Source of the DNA: Bigelowiella natans CCMP2755
Taxonomy: Eukaryota > Protista > Cercozoa
Direction of reading: 5' to 3'
Length of the DNA: 48,015 nucleotides
Assembly: GCA_000320545.1 (NCBI GenBank)
Contig: ADNK01001581.1
Location: forward strand, 1 to 48,015
Numbering within the stretch: the stretch's first letter is position 1; each line of letters begins with the position of its first letter. The translations under genes and the position numbers were made by a program. Below the pieces are notes generated by a model. That model did no database searches. It saw only the letters and a list, made by a program, of their open reading frames with translations, and was not told the DNA's origin. Below are positions 12,410 through 24,100 of this stretch, piece by piece.

Positions 12410-13770
12410 TGCAGACACAGGCACATGCATGCACAAAGAATTTTGAAACCTCCTAATGCAGTCATCGGCACATGCTTGCTAGCTTGGTCCAGCAAGAACA
12501 AATGCCACAGGTCTAGAGGTGCTCATTTGCAGCATGCCTACTATGCATGGTGTCATGCATGTAGTTAGTTTTAGTGCCTTTTGTGGTTGAAAGGTGTGTT
12601 TTCATCACATCTTTGAACCACTACGTACTAGACTACTAGACTAGACCCTTAGACTTTGATGGGCACAAACACTAGCACATAGCTTGTGTGCGTGTGCATG
12701 TGAGCACGTTTTGAATGGCAGTCGGGCAGTTTGCTCGATCATATGACAGGGCAACGAAAATTCAGTTTCGGGCCTAGCTAGCAGTAGCACGATTGGCTAA
12801 ATTGAGTCACTAGCTTTCGAACCCACTACAAACCGCAGTATTTTCGCATCAGAAACACACAAGAAATTGTGGACATTCGGTTCGCGCTCTGTGCGGCTAC
12901 ACTAGTACAGCTAGAGAACGCACGCTGGCAAGCACAGCATTGTTTTATGGCTTGCACGTCATGCATGCGCACTTGTTTCGTAGCTCGTAGCTTGCGCTAG
13001 TGCACGCAAAAATCGAATAAAAAGACAATTTATTGCATTGATTCTCACTGTACGTGTGTGTGGATGGCATTTTTGTGTACAGGGCAATGCATGATTGCTT
13101 GACTGGCTAGCTGGTGCCGTGCGGCATGAAGTCGTTAGCACCGTTCAACCGCGGCTAGGAGGCCTGAAACCACAGAATGTGAGCCATTTGGCCAAATACC
13201 GTTTGTTCCATGAGCATGCTCTGTGAGTGCGTGCACATTCGCCAACCAACCTGCTAGCATGCATCACATGTAAATGAAATACGAGTATCAAAATTTGACT
13301 TGAATGAATATCAATAACTTTCATGTTGCATCGCCAAAAATATCTGGTGCACTTGTTTCATGCAGCTCACCATGCAATGACAACCAGCAAGAAGCGATTG
13401 ACATTCTAGCATGCGGCACTCAAATGACAAGTTGTGAACACGCATGTGCCGCATGGGCGTGCTAGCGTGCACTAATGTGCGTCAGTTCCTGAATGGGTTC
13501 TCATGCTGTCATGCTAGCGCATTAGCGGCATGCATGTCAATCATCCAGGGACTGACCATGCGCGTTTCATTGCAAGTAGTAAAAAAAAAAAAATGTAGAC
13601 AGTGGCATTTGCAACACACATGACACGTGCTAGCGTCCTGATTGTCCATTGCAAATGCACATGCAGGCATGCACGATGCACACCATGATCATGGCAGAAA
13701 ATGCACATGCTGCGCTTGTTTAGGCTGGCTGCTCCGCTCTGAAGCACCAATTCAAGTGAACACACGCATG
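12410..13770. repeat. GCATGC/GCTAGC/TGCA palindrome-dense tract
   Basis: Dense gcatgc, gctagc and gtgcac words between the convergent 3' ends of the PLAC8 and IP3R-like genes. Confidence 0.7.
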
Positions 13771-13915
13771 TGTGTGCGTACCGATGCGATTCGGAGTCTT
13801 GCGCGCTTTTGATTTCGCCACGTTCAGTGCAAAAGGAAAGATTTGGATTTTTCAATGCTTTGCAACTGCTAACATGTCAAAGACTTCATTCATTCACATA
13901 ACTTTCCACACTGAT

Positions 13916-16900
13916 CTACCCTTCCTGCTTGTGGTCGAAACTCACATGCTTTCCAGCCTTTGTAAAGACATCGTCATCATCGTCTGACAAATCGCTAAAA
14001 GTTTCGTCTGCAGAGGAGTCACGAAGGTGCATAGTGCGCTCGAATCTAAACATGTAAGAAACACAAGTCAAAACGTAACCATCCTTCAAATTTAGCCAAG
14101 AAGTTGACGGAAAATAAATAATTTTCAACTTTTTGCTTCTGCATTCGTACACACAGGCATGATAGACAGAGGTAAAAAAACGAAAAAATAAAATAAATTT
14201 ATAAAAAATGGATTTAAAAACATACGGAATTATCCGGAACACTTTTGTGTCGTCAGTTATGAACTTCGAGACCTGCAACCATATTCAAAACTGCATTAGA
14301 TATTACTGTACAGCGTGAGAAATTAAGAGCACTGGTATATTCATGGAATCGATTTACAAGTGTACATTGTGGATAGAATCAATGGGTTGTACCAAAAGCT
14401 CAAGTCCAGTAAACTTCTCAGGGTGCTTTGAAGCACGTTCCAAGATATAGTATTTGAGATAGACGTATGACCACATGTTGTGCTCGACTGATATTGTTTA
14501 AAAAAAACACAATCGGTATATATAACCCGCTGAAAGTGTAGTCCTAACTCGAGATTGTCCCAACTCAAAGATTACCTTGAATGTGATGCTCATAGCCTTT
14601 GTGATCAGAACACTTATTAAATGTTTCATGATCGATGCGACACAAGAAACACTTTGTGGAAGCCTGAACATGAATTCAAAGCTGTGAGCTAATACATGCT
14701 AAAAAGGAGAATATTGCTTTTTGAGAATTCGGCAGAATTTTTCACCTCCTGATGAATTGCATCCCTCGTTGCTCGCATCTCAGCGAAAGTATCGATGATA
14801 ATACCTAAGAACCACCATTTCAATGAGATGAATTTATCTCACAATGAAGCATCATATGGATAAGGCTTCGATCTTTGCCATCATTTTACAATCGCAATAC
14901 CGCCGAAAGATAGCAATATGCGGACATCTACCGCAATACTTACCGGTAATAATGGCCACCAGAATAGTATTCACGATGAGGAAAAAAGATAGGTCGAACA
15001 AAGGCGTAAAGATCATCTCTGGATTATGCGTGAAAGTCTGATATTAAACATAGCAAGAGAGAAACCGTCACATACAGTTTCAATGCGCGTTCCACAACTA
15101 TAGTTGCGCCAAGTTCAAAGTACCCAGGCAAATAATAAACTGACAAGTAGGTACCGGTGTGTTTCGGAATCCTAAGTCGATGGATTTCTGGACGCAATCA
15201 AAAAGGTTCCCACAAGTGTACGCCTATTTTGAGTATAGAAGTTTGAGATTTAAGTGTGAATGGCACATCGTTATTATCAAGTATAAATTCGGATAGAAAA
15301 CTCATTTAAAAATTCTTTGTGTCTGTGCAGTGAAAAATACTCTCATCGTCGTAAATGTGATAAGTTTTTTACAGTATAATACCGTGTCATCGTCAACATT
15401 GAACAAAATCTTGTTGCGGAAGAAGACGAAGATGATGACAGCATATACATAGACGATGATGAGTCCAAGAACAATAGTGGCCACGATCCTATGTTAATGA
15501 ATAAGACAGATCTTAATTCCTCCCCCTCTCTTCTAATAAGTATAATTATGCAGCATTCTTTCCTTCAATGCCAGTTTCAATGCACATGCGCAAATGATAT
15601 ATACCTATATTTGTGCCTTTTGATGACAAATACAATACTCCTAAGATTTTCCACGTATTGAACGATGTCCACCTGTGGAACCAGATTAATCGGACAAAAA
15701 ATTAGTGTTTGTAGATCCAAATGTAAAATTCTCACACACGCACGCAAACACGCACACACGCACATACGCACGCGCGCACACATACATACACACCATGTGT
15801 TTGTGTATGATATAACTAAATAAATAAACAAATATGCTTTATATTATACTATGTATTCGTAGCACTTGTACGTGTTACATATACTCTCACACATATACTC
15901 GCACATAGCTACAACACATATTTCAGTATATGTATATTATATTGAGAAGGATAGGTTTGTGTAATCACATATATGTATTGTTTTGTGATCTTAGGGTTTT
16001 AATTCTTTTTTTTTTCTTAAAACAGATCGAATGCACAAATGACCATATGGAAAGCAACCCAAAGTGGAGAATGAACAACGGCTAGAGCCTAGTTAAATTG
16101 AAAAAATAAATAATCGAATAAGTCTGTGATGCTATCCGCCAGTAAAAACAAAAAATATGAGGGATAAATCATAAGTGCATAGAAAATGCAACGGCTTGCT
16201 TATCATTTCATTGTGCATTTGATGTAGGGAAGTATGACCGCCATTATCAGATATAAAGCGTAGTAGGTCAAGAGTGGAATTCTGGTTGCTATCTGAATGT
16301 GCCTGGTTAATTTCTGCATAAAGCACGACAAACATCCACTGACATCAGACAATCCTACACGTATGAGGGCATTTAGAGGGAAGTAGAGTATCATTGTATT
16401 GTAGGCACCCGCTATACCATAGACCCACACATCCACTCACCCATACACAAACACACCCACACATGCACGGCCCGAAGAGATTGTTTTATCAAATCATAAC
16501 CGTAAAAAGAATAAATGGATTGTCTTCTCATTTCTCGTTTGATGTCTTTGACTAACAAGGAAAATTCTGAATGAAAATAGCTCATGGATGTATACACGAA
16601 AACCTGAATTCCGAGTAATGAAACAATGGGAAAGCAGAAAGCTGTCTGGCCTACTTAGTTTCCATATGATCCATCGCTTGATTATCATGTTCCAACATTT
16701 TCAAGTAATGGCTTTGTAAAAAATACGATACTCTATTATTATTAAATGTATTCTTGGGCCTGCCATTTTTCCCGTACTATTCCCTGGTGGGAAAGAAAAA
16801 ATGTTGTTTCCCCGCCCCCCGTTCCATGTTACAATTACAATGAATACCTATTGACTCATTCCCAGTTGATTCATTGTGATGATCCCTAGATCTATCGTTA

Positions 16901-16998
16901 CACAACATAGAGCAACCATCAGCTCCAAAATTGCGAATAACGTTGCTTTTCACCCGTAAAAACAACTTGCGTGTTTGTTTGTACACACACATGCATTA

Positions 16999-17029
<31 letters not shown>

Positions 17030-18100
17030 TATGAGGGTGAAAATGGGATTTTGAGAATGTAGAAAATCATGTAAATTAATATGTGAATATACACATACTC
17101 CACACACAATCGCATAAACCCAATTTATCTCAGTTGAAACCTTTCTGGCTCACTTTGTTTCTTGTTCTTTTGTTCGACTTGATCCTTCATTTTAACCCAA
17201 AAACAAGAGTGAGTAGGCCTTTCTAATAAAAGTCTGGACGAGAGGTAGAAATATGCAAAGACTTTTAATTTTAAGGAAAAACTTGAAACCACCTGCTTCT
17301 CTGTTATGACCCATCCTTTGGGAACAAGACCAGCATTCTCCCCATCAGTTGGATATGAAATATTACTGCTTTCATGGTATGCCTTGGATATGGTTTTGCA
17401 GTGTTAATTCATTGATCAAATTTGTTTCTTGGCGACTAAATTATTTATCATTACAATAAGTGTTGCGACTAGAATATGACCTGATAAAAAGCGACGAGAT
17501 CTTCTCCCAAAAACCACGATGATATCATCAAAACCCTAATATACACAAACAACAAAGCGTTTTAAAGCTGCTTGTGTTTCCACCTCTCTGAATTACGATG
17601 CTTTTAACATATTGCTATTGAATGGAAAAAAGTAATCTTAACGTCAAGGCATCATTTCTGTATACGACGTTGCTACGAGATGAAGTACTCCCAAGATGGG
17701 AAACGTCGCTCTTAGAGCTTCGCAATTGGAGTCGGAATCCTCGGTCAACGTGTGGCCTTTAAGAGTAAATAAATGCAGCTTTGTAATGGCAGAACCAATT
17801 ATTGGCAATGTCAATCTACCGCCGGCGATACCATGATACATTGAAACAGTTGTGAATGAATGCCTTTATACCGTCGTACTTCAGCGCACAAGATGTGTTT
17901 GGAGGTCGGAAAAGCAGCAAACCTCCTTCATATCTAGACCTTTGCAAAATATGTGAGTTACAGTTGGTTTCCAAATGTTACCATAGCACCCAATGCACTG
18001 ACCATGTAATCAGAAGAATGTTAGTAACGACAACGAGGAAGTACGTAACAAGCCAAATTAAATCGAAATTATTCCGTAATCTGTTTATCAGCCTGATGGA
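13916..18100 (-). CDS. Ion-transport (TM1-6), pore, C2H2 zinc-site and C-terminal exons of the IP3R-like gene
   Basis: Spliced: LIWLVTYFLVVVTNILLITW (TM1) ... LLTYYALYLIMA|ALAVVHSPLWVAFHM|VDIVQYVENLRSIVFVIKRHKYR|IVATIVLGLIIVYVYAVIIFVFF...|AYTCGNLFDCVQKSIDLGFRNTP|TFTHNPEMIFTPLFDLSFFLIVNTILVAIITG|IIIDTFAEMRATRD. Confidence 0.9.
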
Positions 18101-21100
18101 TCAAAGAAAAGGCGAAAAAATCAAGTTGTTGATCCAGAACCTCTGGCTTCTTTGGCTGTGAGCATTGACCGAGAATAAAATTAACAATTTCTATGATGCG
18201 ACTAATTTCGGGCTAATTCACCATTTGGTACGACCTCACATCCTTGTTAGGAACTCAAATCCGAAATTTCATTAACACCCATATGACATATGTAAGGTAG
18301 TTGCGCATATGTTCATGCTATATCTAGTTTCAGGAAAAATTATACCCTTTCATCGCAGACGAATGTGCTGGTAAAAATAATTGCCCATATTCCCGTAAAA
18401 AATATTTGAAGAATCTCGGCAGCTGATGGTAGAAAATGGAAAAAGAATAATAAGGGAAATATGTAAACGTCGGAAAACTCTCACCTTTTCGTTATGAAAC
18501 TCGGCGATTTTCCACAAACTTGTGGATTTCTCCATGAAGACGGTGATTCGTTTGTCCTTATCTCCTTCCTCAAGCTACACAGTACGTGAAAATCTCATGA
18601 ACTCTTTTAGTGATCGTACTCGGAAATATTGCAAACATACCGCCGCGTCACGTATAGTTCGTCTCAAATCGGCAAAGCTTTGGCCAATATTAAATTGCCT
18701 TTTAAAGATTTACAATAAACGCGAGTTGCAGATAAACCCAAAATCACTTTTGTCTGAAAAATACCATGGCTTTACGAAAAAAACTCTGTCAAGCTCCTTG
18801 TTCGCATGGACAACTTCGCACTGTACTAAAGATTCGGCCTAACACATCACAGCAACCAACACGCAACGAAGTTAAACATATTACTGGCACAATAAAAACT
18901 ATACAAATTTTGGAATGAAATACAATTCCTAGAAATATTGCGATCCCCTACATACTTTCACAGAGAGAAAATAAATTCCCTCTTTTAAATCATAAATAGA
19001 TACGATGCAATCCAACGAAATATCGATTACTAATGAACTACCAATCGATGTTGACAAGGGATTTTAAGGATTAATTCCCTGTTCTTCACGTAGTTCCTAA
19101 TATTTATTTCATGCGCATCGTAAATATTTTACGAAGATGGTTAGATTATGTACTGTATATGCAAACAAGTAGTTAAATTTTTGTATCAAGAACTGTGCTT
19201 TCATCTGACCTCCACTCTTCTAGCACCTCCTTAATTCTCTTCACTTCATGCGGTTTGCCAGCATCCGTTATAGTTGTCAAGTAACCCCTATTTTAATATG
19301 TTAATTTCGGAGCCTCACATACACATCCTTTTCCCCATATTTGTCTTTTTGACAATTGCAAGTTCAAATGCAAACATAACTCACTATCAGTATCTCCTAT
19401 AACGCACACTTTTAGAATTGAGATGCATCTATGAGAAGAATGCACTCTATGGATAATTACATCCATTGTATATACCACAAAAAGAATATACCAGCGCACA
19501 TGCATGCATGCATCTTCATGGATATGTGCATGAACATGTGTATGCGTGTGAGTGCTTGAATATGTCAGGAAAAGTATAATTGCATGAGGAGTGCACACAA
19601 TATGCACTCACCAATACAAACAGACAATTTCAATATCCTCCGCATCAGTTGGGTGTGCCTTAAACCCATCCTTGATACTAAATAATCACAATTCAGACAC
19701 TATCTTAGATACAAGAATGAATTCCTTAGCATCATCTCAAAAAAACTGAACTCGAATTGCCACGGTATCTAATCTAGCAGTTAAAACGAAAATCGCTATG
19801 ATACTTTTGTAATTTTTCGTGATACAGATCCGTGTGCCAGACAAGCAACTTTTTCAGGACCTGGTCACGTATAAATAACAAATAATAGGCAATTTAAGTG
19901 GCGCATATATTTGAACCGACGAATATTTACAACACCTACGCACATGTGTCTTTGATGTAACGTTTTTGGATTTTTAATGAAGTGAAGCAAAAGGGCACTT
20001 AAAGCTAGAAAAATATAGAATGTATACATATAATTATGCACATATACAAAGTTTTACCTTTAACGGGCTTACATCTCCATCAGCTCGAATTGTAGTGTCG
20101 CGATTTAGCAGTCTAGCTTGGAAACTTATTGTCTTGCTGTTATTGCCCTCCATAATCGCAGATAGCAATTTCAGGATGTGTATCTCAATCTGGAAAAAAA
20201 TATAAATATTTGGAAATGCTCTCTCATATTAATCGATGAAAACCAACCCACGCAATGTTAAATTGCACGGCAATGTACATATAACTGGCATCTAAACAAT
20301 GCATTCAGAACGAATGTAAGATTAAGACACATATCATATTCCGATGAAAACAGTTCTTTATTTTTAAGGTGTCGTACATCTCTTAGCTTTCTCCTCAGGT
20401 ACTCTTTCTGTTCTTCGAGTGCCGCTACGTCTTTACCTTTGCCAGGTCGATATTGATATAACTTTCGGCATAACTCCAACAGTACAAAACATGATTCATA
20501 AATCTCATCCATTGTTCCTATCAATCGTTGGTTCTCCCTAGCAGGCCCAACGCACATCTCCCGCAGTACTCGTAATGCATCTCGCACCAGCTCCAGCATT
20601 GTAGAACGTTGCTGCGCATAACCTTGGTGTTTGTCAATCATCTCTTTCAGATCTTTTTGCAATGCATGGACAAACCAGACTGCCTCAGAGACAAGATTTT
20701 GATCCCTTTCACCCTCTTGGTCGCGTAAGTAATCTGCTGTCCCTGTTCGTACTCCTCCCATGCATAAACGAAACAAAAATCCCAGAGACAACTCAACAAG
20801 ACTCAACTCTTCCGCTTGGTGTTTTAGATAGTGCTGCTTTGCTTCCTGTTGGTGCATGAGCACCCGCTGCTGGAAATCGTGCAAAATATCCCTTACGACC
20901 GCTAGCACACGATTTTCTTGATCATTCTTCATTATTCTTAAGTACCTGAACATACATTATAGGAACAAACGTGAAAAATAAATAATAAAATGTACGTAAG
21001 AGTGGAATTACACACGCAAAATATTCAAATAATTTTGTTATTCGGATAAGTAATGCAAAGCACCATGTATTTTGTATAAAAAAAATTACTCTCTCTGAAT

Positions 21101-24100
21101 CTTTGGGTCGCCAGTATTCAGAAGAATATTAGCCAAGAATAAACCCTCGCGTGTTGCTGTCCCTGTTCTTGACCCCTTTCCCAAATGGCAATAAGAATCA
21201 ATAATTAAGTCTACGGATAACTCCGCAAATCTAAAATCTTTTGCAAGTAACAATCGGCGGAGAGCAAAATCCTCAGTGTCGTCGGGATAAGAATATCCTA
21301 TACCATTGAACGGCTTGGAATCTCTCTTGTGTTTGGAGGACCATGTGCGCAGCATTTGGATTACTACTCGGTAAAGTAGACTCGACTTTTCGTTTCTACC
21401 GAAGTCTTCTTTGATAATGTTACGGATACTGCTAAATAAATCTAAGACCCCAAGAACAGTTTCCTTCCGCTTTGCATCTGTGATGTCTGGATCAGATTCC
21501 GAGTTAGCAATCGAGTTATGTATGAGACCAAGCGTCTGCGCTTGGCTATCCTCTTTCTCTATGCCTGGACTTTCTCGACAAAGTGTTTGAAATACGTAAA
21601 GTATAAGCCAAGTCGGTAACAGAATAAGAATACAGCAAATAAAGTATAAAATAATTGGTCCTGACCAGACCAACTCCTTCAAAATCTTACACAAGAAGTT
21701 CAAACCTCTGAAAATTCGTGACTTCCATGAAGCACCATCGGTGTATCTAGAGTCGTCTTCTTCTTTCATATATTGATTATCAACATTGAACATGAACTCT
21801 TGTTCCTTTCGATCGACAGCCGAATCATTAGACGGTTTCTTCGAATTCATGTCTTCCTTGGAGGAGCGTTGGATAATGTACTCAAGACGAGATGATAAGG
21901 AATCCTGTTTCTCAACGACGTGACTTGGAAAGTGTCGCAGATCTGGTGAGATATGCGACAAAGAACACTTGGTGCAAAACAACCCCTCACGGTCTAAATC
22001 CATGTTGGGGCAGTAAAGATTACCTTTAGTGGCATCTTTGTTACCCTGTCTTTTTTTGTGATTACATGAAGTATTTGGAGTTTTCATGTCCTCTTTCCCA
22101 AAGTGCTCGGTACTATTCATCAACTTTTTAACCTGTCTATTTAGCTCAGATGCAATGGATTTAATACCTTCTTCCTTTACTTGTTGTTCGAAAGAAATGT
22201 ATTTTTCTAAATCCAAATCCGCATCTTGATGTCGCCGATTTTCTTCTTTGAAATTTCTGTACTCAGGATCTAGAGTACGCCAGTATAACCGTTCCTTTAA
22301 CGTCTCAATCATTTTTTTCCAAGGACCGCTCTCGTGCTCATTTAAAACCTCGCATAATTCAAGATAGTTGTAAAGAGGTAGCCCAGCCTTTTCCAAGTTA
22401 TCAACAAAGCCTCTAATACTTCCTTCAGGAACTTGTAACTCCTTTTTAACTGATCTGATTTTTTCCACCCATTTAGCAACGACTTTCGGATCTGTAACTT
22501 TTGAGTTCTGTTTCACCATGCACATGAGCCGCGACACAATAGGACCGACAAGACCATACGTATATTCCATTACCTCAAGGAATAAAGTTTTCCCAGGACC
22601 CTCAGGAATTTGTTTTCTGTTCTTACCCACGAGAGGAATTGGGAACTTTTGGGAGTGTTTTATCTCCACCAGATACGGCCTAAGTACTTTAACGTGTGCT
22701 AGAAAATGGTCAACAATTCTATTGAAAATTCCGAGAGCCGTGTTATTCACGTGAGCCGTGTGAATCCATGCCTCGTGTAGAAAGAGGAGAGTGGCTTTGC
22801 GAACACGATTGCATTCCCTAGCACGGGCATCGAAAACATACCAAAGCTTGGATGGACTAAATCGGGTTGCATAACCAATAACAGTCTTCGGACTATATTT
22901 CCCTTTGCAACTGTCTTCTAATTTTTCCATCAACATTTTGGCATCAAGAAGATTTTGCATGCGGTTTTCTGCTTTTGAATGTTTCCCCTGTGCTGTTGCT
23001 GTGAGCAACTTAAGGAATTGATAGCTTTCGCTATAAGCCACATGGGTCTTATTGGAAAAACCTTTCATCCATTCTACACTGTCCCCGTCAGGAACTGCAA
23101 TTGCACCTTCCTGTCTAATTGGCTTAGGCTTAATCTTACATTTTCCTGCATCAGTTTGCCAAAACAAAATATTTCGAATTACAGCGCCTGGATGGTAGAC
23201 GCCGACTCCAAGGTTTATCAGCGACTTCCAAAGATCATCCAAGCTCCCCTTTACTTTAAACTTCACTTCAAAGAGTCTCTCAATTTTTCCGGAATAACGC
23301 TCAAGGCGGAAAGCTTTTCCAACCTTTTCAAAATCTTCGGAAGGGCTCCACTTTTTATATGCATATTTGAGTTTTTTAGCATCTTTCAAGATTTCTTTTT
23401 CATGGATGTGTATTCTGATTTGCTGCAATATTTCACATTTCAATTTGAAACAATGTGCGTACTCGTCATCCACTATGCTTTCTTCGAGTGATTTTTGGAG
23501 ATTATCCTCGCACTTAATCCACCAATTTATCTCCTTCCCTGGATAGCAGAACTCTCCTGTACGACGTTGAGATAAAATTGCTTCTTCGATTTTTTTGACG
23601 CACTCCGCCACCATCTTTTTCCGAGCTTGAGTGTCATCATTTGGCCGGTGAGTCTTTAAAATTACCTTCACTTTTTCACTGATGGTATCAAACGTGGAAG
23701 ACCTTGAAATTCGGGAATCACCCTCCAAAGTGCTAGAGCTGTCACGAGGTGACGCTGGTGGGCCAGATTGAGCCGGTTCAACTGGATTGGTAACAGTACG
23801 TAATCTCATTCCCTCATCTCCTTCATTTGTCCGGTTATTTGTCTTGCGTTCCTTGACGTATTTAAAGGGTTCTAAGGAGTAAATGTTATCTTCTGCAATT
23901 ATTTTCAAAGGGCTGTCTGGCCAGACGGTTTCGTCAGATATAGTGGGTTCAATTTGATTAATAACACTTCCCGTCTTATTTTCAGAAGTAAGCAAATTGT
24001 CCTCCTCAGTCAATCTGACTGCAAACTTGCTCACGTCATTAATTCTGAAGGGTAAAATGAGTTTGTTTCCCCACATTTCGGCAACATCAAGCAACTCGAC

